A stretch of DNA of 64,000 bases from NCBI GenBank assembly GCA_032718475.1, contig JAUCBJ010006913.1, positions 16,113 to 80,112 on the forward strand, given 5' to 3'. Below are positions 14,001-27,600 of the stretch, piece by piece. Below the pieces are notes generated by a model. The model did no database searches and was not told the DNA's origin. It worked only from the letters and a program-made list of their open reading frames with translations. A program made the position numbers and the translations under genes. This DNA comes from Nemertoderma westbladi. Taxonomy: Eukaryota > Animalia > Xenacoelomorpha. The stretch's first letter is position 1, and each line of letters begins with the position of its first letter.

Positions 14001-17000
14001 AGACTCTACTACTGAAGTACCACTGCTATTCTGGTACACAAAAAGCATTGAAACTAAAACAAAAGAAGTGAGTAGTAGAGCCGGCCAAGACTCTACTACT
14101 GAAGTACCACCGCTATTCTGGTACACAAAAACCATTGAAACTAAAACAAAATAAGTGAGTAGTAGAGCCGGCCAAGACTCTACTACTGAAGTACCACCGC
14201 TATTCTGGTACACAAAAAGCATTGAAATTAAAACAAAAGAAGTGAGTAGTAGAGCCGGCCAAGACTCTACTACTGAAGTACCACCGCTATTCTGGTACAC
14301 AAAAACCATTGAAACTAAAACAAAATAAGTGAGTAGTAGAGCCGGCCAAGACTCTACTACTGAAGTACCACCGCTATTCTGGTACACAAAAACCATTGAA
14401 ACTAAAACAAAATAAGTGAGTAGTAGAGCCGGCCAAGACTCTACTACTGAAGTACCACCGCTATTCTGGTAAACAAAAACCATTGAAACTAAAACAAAAT
14501 AAGTGAGTAGTAGAGCCGGCCAAGACTCTACTACTGAAGTACCACCGCTATTCTGGTACACAAAAACCATTGAAACTAAAACAAAATAAGTGAGTAGTAG
14601 AGCCGGCCAAGACTCTACTACTGAAGTACCACCGCTATTCTGGTACACAAAAACCATTGAAACTAAAACAAAATAAGTGAGTAGTAGAGCCGGCCAAGAC
14701 TCTACTACTGAAGTACCACTGCTATTCTGGTACACAAAAACCATTGAAACTAAAACAAAATAAGTGAGTAATAGAGCCGGCCAAGACTCTACTACTGAAG
14801 TACCACCGCTATTCTGGTACACAAAAAGCATTGAAACTAAAACAAAAGAAGTGAGTAGTAGAGCCGGCCAAGACTCTACTACTGAAGTACCACCGCTATT
14901 CTGGTACACAAAAAGCATTGAAACTAAAACAAAATAAGTGAGTAGTAGAGCCGGCCAAGACTCTACTACTGAAGTACCACCGCTATTCTGGTACACAAAA
15001 AGCATTGAAACTAAAACAAAAGAAGTGAGTAGTAGAGCCGGCCAAGACTCTACTACTGAAGTACCACCGCTATTCTGGTACACAAAAAGCATTGAAACTA
15101 AAACAAAAGAAGTGAGTAATAGAGCCGGCCAAGACTCTACTACTGAAGTACCACTGCTATTCTGGTACACAAAAAGCATTGAAATTAAAACAAAAGAAGT
15201 GAGTAGTAGAGCCGGCCAAGACTCTACTACTGAAGTACCACCGCTATTCTGGTACACAAAAACCATTGAAACTAAAACAAAATAAGTGAGTAGTAGAGCC
15301 GGCCAAGACTCTACTACTGAAGTACCACCGCTATTCTGGTACACAAAAAGCATTGAAATTAAAACAAAATAAGTGAGTAGTAGAGCCGGCCAAGACTCTA
15401 CTACTGAAGTACCACCGCTATTCTGGAACACAAAAAGCAATGAAACTAAAACAAAAGAAGTGAGTAGTAGAGCCGGCCAAGACTCTACTACTGAAGTACC
15501 ACCGCTATTCTGGTACACAAAAACCATTGAAACTAAAACAAAATAAGTGAGTAGTAGAGCCGGCCAAGACTCTACTACTGAAGTACCACCGCTATTCTGG
15601 TACACAAAAACCATTGAAACTAAAACAAAAGAAGTGAGTAGTAGAGCCGGCCAAGACTCTACTACTGAAGTACCACCGCTATTCTGGTACACAAAAACCA
15701 TTGAAACTAAAACAAAATAAGTGAGTAGTAGAGCCGGCCAAGACTCTACTACTGAAGTACCACCGCTATTCTGGTACACAAAAAGCATTGAAACTAAAAC
15801 AAAAGAAGTGAGTAGTAGAGCCGGCCAAGACTCTACTACTGAAGTACCACCGCTATTCTGGTACACAAAAACCATTGAAACTAAAACAAAAGAAGTGAGT
15901 AGTAGAGCCGGCCAAGACTCTACTACTGAAGTACCACCGCTATTCTGGTACACAAAAACCATTGAAACTAAAACAAAATAAGTGAGTAGTAGAGCCGGCC
16001 AAGACTCTACTACTGAAGTACCACCGCTATTCTGGTACACAAAAACCATTGAAACTAAAACAAAATAAGTGAGTAGTAGAGCCGGCCAAGACTCTACTAC
16101 TGAAGTACCACCGCTATTCTGGTACACAAAAAGCATTGAAACTAAAACAAAAGAAGTGAGTAGTAGAGCCGGCCAAGACTCTACTACTGAAGTACCACCG
16201 CTACTTTGGTACACAAAAACCATTGAAACTAAAACAAAATAAGTGAGTAGTAGAGCCGGCCAAGACTCTACTACTGAAGTACCACCGCTATTCTGGTACA
16301 CAAAAACCATTGAAACTAAAACAAAATAAGTGAGTAATAGAGCCGGCCAAGACTCTACTACTGAAGTACCACCGCTATTCTGGTACACAAAAAGCATTGA
16401 AACTAAAACAAAAGAAGTGAGTAGTAGAGCCGGCCAAGACTCTACTACTGAAGTACCACCGCTATTCTGGTACACAAAAAGCATTGAAACTAAAACAAAA
16501 GAAGTGAGTAGTAGAGCCGGCCAAGACTCTACTACTGAAGTACCACCGCTATTCTGGTACACAAAAAGCATTGAAACTAAAACAAAAGAAGTGAGTAGTA
16601 GAGCCGGCCAAGACTCTACTACTGAAGTACCACCGCTATTCTGGTACACAAAAAGCATTGAAACTAAAACAAAAGAAGTGAGTAATAGAGCCGGCCAAGA
16701 CTCTACTACTGAAGTACCACTGCTATTCTGGTACACAAAAAGCATTGAAATTAAAACAAAAGAAGTGAGTAGTAGAGCCGGCCAAGACTCTACTACTGAA
16801 GTACCACCGCTATTCTGGTACACAAAAAGCATTGAAACTAAAACAAAAGAAGTGAGTAGTAGAGCCGGCCAAGACTCTACTCCTGAAGTACCACCGCTAT
16901 TCTGGTACACAAAAACCATTGAAACTAAAACAAAAGAAGTGAGTAGTAGAGCCGGCCAAGACTCTACTACTGAAGTACCACCGCTATTCTGGTACACAAA

Positions 17001-20000
17001 AAGCATTGAAACTAAAACAAAAGAAGTGAGTAGTAGAGCCGGCCAAGACTCTACTCCTGAAGTACCACGGCTATTCTGGTACACAAAAAGCATTGAAACT
17101 AAAACAAAATAAGTGAGTAGTAGAGCCGGCCAAGACTCTACTACTGAAGTACCACCGCTATTCTGGTACACAAAAAACATTGAAATTAAAACAAAAGAAG
17201 TGAGTAGTAGAGCCGGCCAAGACTCTACTACTGAAGTACCACCGCTATTCTGGTACACAAAAAGCATTGAAACTAAAACAAAAGAAGTGAGTAGTAGAGC
17301 CGGCCAAGACTCTACTACTGAAGTACCACCGCTATTCTGGTACACAAAAAGCATTGAAACTAAAACAAAAGAAGTGAGTAGTAGAGCCGGCCAAGACTCT
17401 ACTACTGAAGTACCACCGCTATTCTGGTACACAAAAAGCATTGAAACTAAAACAAAAGAAGTGAGTAGTAGAGCCGGCCAAGACTCTACTACTGAAGTAC
17501 CACCGCTATTCTGGTACACAAAAAGCATTGAAACTAAAACAAAAGAAGTGAGTAGTAGAGCCGGCCAAGACTCTACTACTGAAGTACCACCGCTATTCTG
17601 GTACACAAAAAGCATTGAAACTAAAACAAAATAAGTGAGTAGTAGAGCCGGCCAAGACTCTACTACTGAAGTACCACCGCTATTCTGGTACACAAAAAGC
17701 ATTGAAACTAAAACAAAAGAAGTGAGTAGTAGAGCCGGCCAAGACTCTACTACTGAAGTACCACCGCTATTCTGGTACACAAAAAGCATTGAAACTAAAA
17801 CAAAATAAGTGAGTAGTAGAGCCGGCCAAGACTCTACTACTGAAGTACCACCGCTATTCTGGTACACAAAAAGCATTGAAACTAAAACAAAAGAAGTGAG
17901 TAGTAGAGCCGGCCAAGACTCTACTACTGAAGTACCACCGCTATTCTGGTACACAAAAAGCATTGAAACTAAAACAAAAGAAGTGAGTAGTAGAGCCGGC
18001 CAAGACTCTACTACTGAAGTACCACCGCTATTCTGGTACACAAAAAGCATTGAAACTAAAACAAAAGAAGTGAGTAGTAGAGCCGGCCAAGACTCTACTA
18101 CTGAAGTACCACCGCTATTCTGGTACACAAAAAGCATTGAAACTAAAACAAAAGAAGTGAGTAGTAGAGCCGGCCAAGACTCTACTACTGAAGTACCACC
18201 GCTATTCTGGTACACAAAAAGCATTGAAACTAAAACAAAAGAAGTGAGTAGTAGAGCCGGCCAAGACTCTACTACTGAAGTACCACCGCTATTCTGGTAC
18301 ACAAAAAGCATTGAAATTAAAACAAAAGAAGTGAGTAGTAGAGCCGGCCAAGACTCTACTACTGAAGTACCACCGCTATTCTGGTACACAAAAAGCATTG
18401 AAACTAAAACAAAAGAAGTGAGTAGTAGAGCCGGCCAAGACTCTACTCCTGAAGTACCACCGCTATTCTGGTACACAAAAACCATTGAAACTAAAACAAA
18501 AGAAGTGAGTAGTAGAGCCGGCCAAGACTCTACTACTGAAGTACCACCGCTATTCTGGTACACAAAAAGCATTGAAACTAAAACAAAAGAAGTGAGTAGT
18601 AGAGCCGGCCAAGACTCTACTCCTGAAGTACCACGGCTATTCTGGTACACAAAAAGCATTGAAACTAAAACAAAATAAGTGAGTAGTAGAGCCGGCCAAG
18701 ACTCTACTACTGAAGTACCACCGCTATTCTGGTACACAAAAAGCATTGAAATTAAAACAAAAGAAGTGAGTAGTAGAGCCGGCCAAGACTCTACTACTGA
18801 AGTACCACCGCTATTCTGGTACACAAAAAGCATTGAAACTAAAACAAAAGAAGTGAGTAGTAGAGCCGGCCAAGACTCTACTACTGAAGTACCACCGCTA
18901 TTCTGGTACACAAAAAGCATTGAAACTAAAACAAAAGAAGTGAGTAGTAGAGCCGGCCAAGACTCTACTACTGAAGTACCACCGCTATTCTGGTACACAA
19001 AAAGCATTGAAACTAAAACAAAAGAAGTGAGTAGTAGAGCCGGCCAAGACTCTACTACTGAAGTACCACCGCTATTCTGGTACACAAAAAGCATTGAAAC
19101 TAAAACAAAAGAAGTGAGTAGTAGAGCCGGCCAAGACTCTACTACTGAAGTACCACCGCTATTCTGGTACACAAAAAGCATTGAAACTAAAACAAAAGAA
19201 GTGAGTAATAGAGCCGGCCAAGACTCTACTACTGAAGTACCACTGCTATTCTGGTACACAAAAAGCATTGAAATTAAAACAAAAGAAGTGAGTAGTAGAG
19301 CCGGCCAAGACTCTACTACTGAAGTACCACCGCTATTCTGGTACACAAAAAGCATTGAAACTAAAACAAAAGAAGTGAGTAGTAGAGCCGGCCAAGACTC
19401 TACTCCTGAAGTACCACCGCTATTCTGGTACACAAAAACCATTGAAACTAAAACAAAAGAAGTGAGTAGTAGAGCCGGCCAAGACTCTACTACTGAAGTA
19501 CCACCGCTATTCTGGTACACAAAAAGCATTGAAACTAAAACAAAAGAAGTGAGTAGTAGAGCCGGCCAAGACTCTACTCCTGAAGTACCACGGCTATTCT
19601 GGTACACAAAAAGCATTGAAACTAAAACAAAATAAGTGAGTAGTAGAGCCGGCCAAGACTCTACTACTGAAGTACCACCGCTATTCTGGTACACAAAAAG
19701 CATTGAAATTAAAACAAAAGAAGTGAGTAGTAGAGCCGGCCAAGACTCTACTACTGAAGTACCACCGCTATTCTGGTACACAAAAAGCATTGAAACTAAA
19801 ACAAAAGAAGTGAGTAGTAGAGCCGGCCAAGACTCTACTACTGAAGTACCACCGCTATTCTGGTACACAAAAAGCATTGAAACTAAAACAAAAGAAGTGA
19901 GTAGTAGAGCCGGCCAAGACTCTACTACTGAAGTACCACCGCTATTCTGGTACACAAAAAGCATTGAAACTAAAACAAAAGAAGTGAGTAGTAGAGCCGG

Positions 20001-23000
20001 CCAAGACTCTACTACTGAAGTACCACCGCTATTCTGGTACACAAAAAGCATTGAAACTAAAACAAAAGAAGTGAGTAGTAGAGCCGGCCAAGACTCTACT
20101 ACTGAAGTACCACCGCTATTCTGGTACACAAAAAGCATTGAAACTAAAACAAAATAAGTGAGTAGTAGAGCCGGCCAAGACTCTACTACTGAAGTACCAC
20201 CGCTATTCTGGTACACAAAAAGCATTGAAACTAAAACAAAAGAAGTGAGTAGTAGAGCCGGCCAAGACTCTACTACTGAAGTACCACCGCTATTCTGGTA
20301 CACAAAAAGCATTGAAACTAAAACAAAATAAGTGAGTAGTAGAGCCGGCCAAGACTCTACTACTGAAGTACCACCGCTATTCTGGTACACAAAAAGCATT
20401 GAAACTAAAACAAAAGAAGTGAGTAGTAGACCCGGCCAAGACTCTACTACTGAAGTACCACCGCTATTCTGGTACACAAAAAGCATTGAAACTAAAACAA
20501 AATAAGTGAGTAGTAGAGCCGGCCAAGACTCTACTACTGAAGTACCACCGCTATTCTGGTACACAAAAAGCATTGAAACTAAAACAAAAGAAGTGAGTAG
20601 TAGAGCCGGCCAAGACTCTACTACTGAAGTACCACCGCTATTCTGGTACACAAAAAGCATTGAAACTAAAACAAAAGAAGTGAGTAGTAGAGCCGGCCAA
20701 GACTCTACTACTGAAGTACCACCGCTATTCTGGTACACAAAAAGCATTGAAACTAAAACAAAAGAAGTGAGTAGTAGAGCCGGCCAAGACTCTACTACTG
20801 AAGTACCACCGCTATTCTGGTACACAAAAAGCATTGAAATTAAAACAAAAGAAGTGAGTAGTAGAGCCGGCCAAGACTCTACTACTGAAGTACCACCGCT
20901 ATTCTGGTACACAAAAAGCATTGAAACTAAAACAAAAGAAGTGAGTAGTAGAGCCGGCCAAGACTCTACTCCTGAAGTACCACCGCTATTCTGGTACACA
21001 AAAACCATTGAAACTAAAACAAAAGAAGTGAGTAGTAGAGCCGGCCAAGACTCTACTACTGAAGTACCACCGCTATTCTGGTACACAAAAAGCATTGAAA
21101 CTAAAACAAAAGAAGTGAGTAGTAGAGCCAGCCAAGACTCTACTCCTGAAGTACCACGGCTATTCTGGTACACAAAAAGCATTGAAACTAAAACAAAATA
21201 AGTGAGTAGTAGAGCCGGCCAAGACTCTACTACTGAAGTACCACCGCTATTCTGGTACACAAAAAGCATTGAAATTAAAACAAAAGAAGTGAGTAGTAGA
21301 GCCGGCCAAGACTCTACTACTGAAGTACCACCGCTATTCTGGTACACAAAAAGCATTGAAACTAAAACAAAAGAAGTGAGTAGTAGAGCCGGCCAAGACT
21401 CTACTACTGAAGTACCACCGCTATTCTGGTACACAAAAAGCATTGAAACTAAAACAAAAGAAGTGAGTAGTAGAGCCGGCCAAGACTCTACTACTGAAGT
21501 ACCACCGCTATTCTGGTACACAAAAAGCATTGAAACTAAAACAAAAGAAGTGAGTAGTAGAGCCGGCCAAGACTCTACTACTGAAGTACCACCGCTATTC
21601 TGGTACACAAAAACCATTGAAACTAAAACAAAAGAAGTGAGTAGTAGAGCCGGCCAAGACTCTACTACTGAAGTACCACCGCTATTCTGGTACACAAAAA
21701 CCATTGAAACTAAAACAAAATAAGTGAGTAGTAGAGCCGGCCAAGACTCTACTACTGAAGTACCACCGCTACTTTGGTACACAAAAAGCATTGAAACTAA
21801 AACAAAAGAAGTGAGTAGTAGAGCCGGCCAAGACTCTACTACTGAAGTACCACCGCTATTCTGGTACACAAAAAGCATTGAAACTAAAACAAAAGAAGTG
21901 AGTAGTAGACCCGGCCAAGACTCTACTACTGAAGTACCACCGCTATTCTGGTACACAAAAACCATTGAAACTAAAACAAAAGATGTGAGTAGTAGAGCCG
22001 GCCAAGACTCTACTACTGAAGTACCACCGCTATTCTGGTACACAAAAACCATTGAAACTAAAACAAAAGATGTGAGTAGTAGACCCGGCCAAGACTCTAC
22101 TACTGAAGTACCACCGCTACTTTGGTACACAAAAAGCATTGAAACTAAAACAAAAGATGTGAGTAGTAGAGCCGGCCAAGACTCTACTACTGAAGTACCA
22201 CCGCTACTTTGGTACACAAAAAGCATTGAAACTAAAACAAAAGAAGTGAGTAGTAGAGCCGGCCAAGACTCTACTACTGAAGTACCACCGCTACTTTGGT
22301 ACACAAAAAGCATTGAAACTAAAACAAAATAAGTGAGTAGTAGAGCCGGCCAAGACTCTACTACTGAAGTACCACCGCTATTCTGGTACACAAAAAGCAT
22401 TGAAACTAAAACAAAATAAGTGAGTAGTAGAGCCGGCCAAGACTCTACTACTGAAGTACCACCGCTATTCTGATACACAAAAAGCATTGAAACTAAAACA
22501 AAAGAAGTGAGTAGTAGAGCCGGCCAAACCTCTACTACTGAAGTACCACCGCTATTCTGGTACACAAAAAGCATTGAAACTAAAACAAAATAAGTGAGTA
22601 GTAGAGCCGGCCAAGACTCTACTACTGAAGTACCACCGCTATTCTGGTACACAAAAAGCATTGAAACTAAAACAAAAGAAGTGAGTAGTAGAGCCGGCCA
22701 AGACTCTACTACTGAAGTACCACCGCTATTCTGGTACACAAAAAGCATTGAAACTAAAACAAAAGAAGTGAGTAGTAGAGCCGGCCAAGACTCTACTACT
22801 GAAGTACCACCGCTATTCTGGTACACAAAAAGCATTGAAACTAAAACAAAAGAAGTGAGTAGTAGAGCCGGCCAAGACTCTACTACTGAAGTACCACCGC
22901 TATTCTGGTACACAAAAAGCATTGAAACTAAAACAAAAGAAGTGAGTAGTAGAGCCGGCCAAGACTCTACTACTGAAGTACCACCGCTATTCTGGTACAC

Positions 23001-23254
23001 AAAAACCATTGAAACTAAAACAAAATAAGTGAGTAGTAGAGCCGGCCAAGACTCTACTACTGAAGTACCACCGCTATTCTGGTACACAAAAACCATTGAA
23101 ACTAAAACAAAATAAGTGAGTAGTAGAGCCGGCCAAGACTCTACTACTGAAGTACCACCGCTACTTTGGTACACAAAAAGCATTGAAACTAAAACAAAAG
23201 ATGTGAGTAGTAGAGCCGGCCAAGACTCTACTACTGAAGTACCACCGCTATTCT
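8030..23254. repeat. 87-bp satellite, block 1 (175 units)
   Basis: Unit GGTACACAAAAAGCATTGAAACTAAAACAAAAGAAGTGAGTAGTAGAGCCGGCCAAGACTCTACTACTGAAGTACCACCGCTATTCT with a few recurrent SNP variants; 15225 bp = 175 x 87. Confidence 0.99.
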
Positions 23255-23428
23255 TTCCCGTCTCTTAGTATAATATATTTAGTTAAACTATATCTATAGC
23301 TAATAAATATAACAAATTCACATAGTTGAAAATTATTACGAGATCAAAAATTATATATAGAGTTACACACAAAAAAAAAAAATCATTAACATCAGTTTCT
23401 TCGTGGTCTTGTCTGCACTCGTTGTGGT

Positions 23429-26400
23429 CTACGGCGGTGGGGCAACATCCGCATTCGCATGCACAATGGCTATGTCTGCAACTGAATTTGTGCAGCGAAT
23501 GGGTCGTCTAGCAGCCGACCGGTGTCCACGGAGACACATGAGGGCCGACCGCAACAACGCGAAGTTCAACTTTCGCCGAACCCATGTGATGCACTCCGCA
23601 TACCGCGTTTCTCTCTTCTCCGCCAGGCGGTGCGCCAACCGCTTCACCAGATGTATGGCTGAAGGCGCCATACCACCAAACGCAGAAAATATCAGAGGCG
23701 TGAAGGTGGCGTGTTCCACCTCCCTCACTCGTTCCTGATACTTTAGGTTCTTCCGCGCTTCATGGTAAAGGTGGGCTGACGGTAGGGACATGGCAGCATT
23801 AGTTTCTGCCAGTGGATTGAAGACTGAGACGTCTAGGAACGTCTTCTGGAACCGATTGCCCCAGAAGCCGCTCACTGAGACGTCCAATCTCGCCAGCTGG
23901 TCCGTTGAAGTGCTGCGGTGTTCAAACTGCTCGCCCGTTAGCGGTTGGAGGACTGGCTCCACAGCCACATTATGTGACACCTCCGTCAGAGCATCAGCGA
24001 CAAAGTCCCGGATCTCGTTGTACCTGATGGAAGGAAATCCTCCAGTGGGGCACGACAGAACGTGGGTAGGAGAAAATCGCTCCCCACAGACACAACGAGA
24101 CGGTAGAGACTTTGGTATCCACCCATATCGGAGGCACAGGGCATCCCTGAATTCACCCTTGTCCAGGTGGGTGTCCTGGAGGATGAGTGGCTTGGTGTTG
24201 AGCCAGATACCTTTTCGGTGGTCAGTCCGTGGAGCCGCCGCTGGGGAGGAGATAATATTCCCACCACTTCCTCTCTCTTTTCCATCGACTGGAGCAGCGC
24301 CTCTACCTTCAACCTGCCCACCACCTCCGTTTGTTTCTCCCGGACCTGCGCCATTGTATCTGGTGTGGCGCTGATGAATGGCTCACAGACCCGAAGCGAG
24401 CTGGTATACTGATGTGACAGGTCAGTGGGCACCGGAATGCCAATACCCCCGTCACGGACTGGCAGGGAAAGTAACAGGCGTTCCTCTTTTGAGATGGCTG
24501 GCCGATCGGTGAGACGGCAAAGGAATCGATTTACAGCCTCCTCCAACAGGGTGAGATGGGCTGGCGCGGTGGATACAACACGGGTGATGAACCGCCACCG
24601 ACAGGCAAGGCCAAACGCGAGGCCCGCGTACGCACAGTGGGGGTCCACTGCTGCCACCCCTGCGAGACGATCCACTTCCATGGCGAACTCCTGAGCCTTC
24701 TCTTCTAGGAACGTGGTGCAATACTCCTCAGTGCCAACAACCCCGCCGAGTAGCTCATGGCCTGTCGTGTTGATGGTGACACCAGTATTGGCGAAAAGAA
24801 TCTCAGCCTCTTCCAACATTGCTGGTTTCACTGTGAGGTGACACTTGGATGGGAAGTAGCCGAAGAGAGGACCCCTTGTGGTAGCGACCTCTAGGAAGGC
24901 CCGTAGGTCAGTGAGTTTTCCTGCCGCATTGCCATCATCCGCATACCACCGCTGTGTGGCCTTGCTTGCATGTCCCAACTCAGCTAATAGTGGCATAATG
25001 GAGCACCCATACATCGCCATGGCAATGGGGTCACCCTGTGTGGTCCCCTTTTCAGAGAGCAACGTCTCCCCTCCCACAAAGAGTCGAGCTGGTTCGCTGT
25101 AGCAATTGGTGACTACGGTGAGAAGGGCAGGGCAGACAACTCCAATGTTGTGGAGGGCAGCCGAACGGTTCAGTACGTTGAAGGCATTTGTAGCGTCTAT
25201 CTGTAGAACCCCGTCACAGTCGTCCGAGTCCCACTCCATCGTGAGGCTGTGGATGGCGAATTCAATGCCAGCCTTCTGACCCAGACAGAGTTGGGTGTTC
25301 CCACCGACAGACTCAAGATCCTGACGGATACAATGGGTGATAGATTTACCTATGACGCGGCGCAACACCTCACCTATCCCTATGGGTCTGACGCCCGGGT
25401 TTTTGTCCAGTGCAATAAGTCTGGCAGACAGTAGCGCAGATAGAGACCCCTGAGAAGTCTTGGTCTGTGCGAGTTGTTTCGCCAAGTCTGCGATCCTCTC
25501 ACCCAGCTCGGAAGACTGTGTCCGAAACCGGGTAAGGAGGTGCTTCCAACCCTGAACATCAACTCCCGATGGACCAGCGGCGTTTCCCTTCATTCTAAGC
25601 AAGCTCCCAAGGATGAGCTTCCCATCGATCGCCTCAAACACAACGCTGTGGTGCTGTGGCGCCTCAGGGAAATGCGATAGCAGGGTCGACTCGTCTACGG
25701 GCTGCGCTGGAGGATGTTTCGCTCGCAGAACATCCCGGACCACCTTGGTTTTCCCATCTTTGTCCGTGAATGAGTCATTCAGACTCAGTGGAGAACCGCG
25801 GTGTAACTGTCCAAGAACTCTCGTCGCCGCCGAAATATTCCCAGTCAGCATGTGGCGGGTGAACGCCTTCTGGAGTGCTACGTCCTGAGAGGCTGGGGGT
25901 CGTCGCTTAGGAAGGTGTGTCTGAATGGCCCTGGCCTCCACCATGAGTTCGTCGAATTTTGCTTCCCTCCAGCTCACTAGACGGCGTTGGAGAATGTGCC
26001 GGTGTGTGGCCGTGGTGGAAGACCGACTCGGTTTCTGTAAGAGGAGAGCTGGCAATATCATCATTGCCATGAGGGCGACCTCATGTAGGGGATTTTCACT
26101 GATTGCCAGCGCCAACAACCGAGAAATCTCTGCCACCAATTCTCTACCCACGGCCCCCTGAGGAACCAGGAATAGGTTTGGCTGCCAGTGTACTATGCTG
26201 TTGTACACTGTGTTGATTGACTCTATTATTTGGTGCCTGGGCAAGGATTCATTGAACCATACTGCGGAGTCGACTCGACTTGTTGAAGTGAGTACAACAC
26301 TGGACAGGGAGGATGGCAGAGGTCGACCGATAGATGCCGAGGGTGCCAACTGGACTGGTGGGGGACCCGGCTGGATTGCTGGGGGACCCGACCGGACTGA

Positions 26401-27513
26401 AGGGGGACCCGACTGGTCTGAAGGGGGACCCGACTGGACTGCTGGGGGACCCGACTGGACTCCTGAGGGACCCGACTGGTCTGATGGGGGACCTGACTGG
26501 ACTGAAGGGGGACCCGACTGGACTGCTGGGGGACCCGACTGGACTCCTGAGGGACCCGACTGGTCTGATGGGGGACCCGACTGGACTGATGGGGGACCCG
26601 ACTGGACTGCTGGGGGACCCGACTGGACTCCCGAGGGACCTGACTGGTCTGAAGGGGGACCCGACTGGACTGCTGGGGGACCCGACTGGACTCCCGAGGG
26701 ACCCGACTGGTCTGATGGGGGACCCGACTGGGACTGCTGGGCGACCCGACTGGACTGGACATATGGGGGACCCGACTGGACTGATGGGGGACCCGACTGG
26801 ACTGCTGGGCGCACCGACTGGACTGATGGGGGACCCAACTGGACTGGTGGGGGACCCAACTGGACTGATGGGGGACCCGACTGGACTGCTGGGTGCACCG
26901 ACTGGACTGCAGGGGGACCCGACTGGACTGAAGGGGGACCAGACTGGACTGCTGAGGGAACGGACTGGACTGCTCGGGGATCTGAAAAGTTCGGGGTCTG
27001 AAGTATAACGTCTTTAACTGCTGACCCCAAAGCAGACCCTGTACCGGGGCTCCGAATCCTAGATATGATGGCACTGGCCCTCGCTCGTGCTGCGCCCGGA
27101 GACCAAACTGGAGAGTTCAATGATGCTGACGCACTGGCAGCTAGCGGATTATCCTGGACGATCGGGGATCCACCCAGTATAGTTTCGTCCTGATCCATCA
27201 ATGTATCGTCCGCTGGACTTTCCAAAGCTGCGCAAGAGTTAAGCGGCTGTGAGACTGACGTCTGGGAGAACGAAGGTCGTTTGTGGCGATCCGGTAGAGG
27301 TTGAGAGGAAGGGTGCTGGCTGTTCTCGCAATTGCCGTTTCTTCCTGGGGCACACGATAAGCACCGCAAGCTATTCCTGACGCATATACATTTCTTGCAG
27401 CGCCCGGACCGTCCATTGCAGCCGCAACAAGCTGCCATCAAAACGCCGGCTGCAGTGACGCGTTCACTCGAATAGAGAGGCGACACAATCAGAAATATAT
27501 AATTTGGCGCCAC
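23429..27513 (-). CDS. CRE-like polyprotein: Cys-rich N-terminus, heptad repeats, RT, CCHC knuckle, RLE; frameshifted near 24210
   Basis: RT motifs GVRPIGIGEVLRR, IDATNAFN, GTTQGDP, WYADD. After the shift at EK the other frame reads IWLNTKPL...EFRDALCLRYGW...CVCGERFSPTHVLSC and joins ORF 23429-23980 with RLE motifs ARLDV...FLDVSVFNP and EARKNLKY. Likely ATG is the M of MAACCGC. Confidence 0.88.
26350..26974 (-). repeat. 21-bp coding tandem repeat in the CRE ORF (about 30 x VQSGPPS-type heptad)
   Basis: GACTGGACTGCTGGGGGACCC-type units; translation SGPPSVQ / SGPPAVQ / SGPPSDQ. Confidence 0.95.
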
Positions 27514-27600
27514 AAAGTCTGACAGTTGTCAAGGCAGTAGTCAGTACAGCAGTACAGTTCAGTACCAATTACGCAGAGTTATTCCAATCCAGCTGCTACT

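Larger units (their letters stand above)
23255..27600 (-). mobile_element. CRE-clade non-LTR retrotransposon (single ORF, RT plus restriction-like endonuclease) between the satellite blocks
   Basis: Unique GC-richer segment bounded by satellite ...GCTATTCT on the left and GGTA... on the right; encodes the RT/RLE polyprotein below. Confidence 0.88.

Noticed and set aside
8001-23183. 5060-aa minus-strand ORF, the 1167-aa ORF at 27596-31099 and many plus-strand repeat ORFs
   Set aside because: By-products of an 87-bp unit (a multiple of 3) lacking stops in one frame; no unique domains, and the plus frame is broken repeatedly by a common G>T variant.
26195-27074. Collagen-like GDPTGL and GGPDWT repeat ORFs
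   Set aside because: Antisense or alternative frames of the 21-bp repeat within the CRE ORF.
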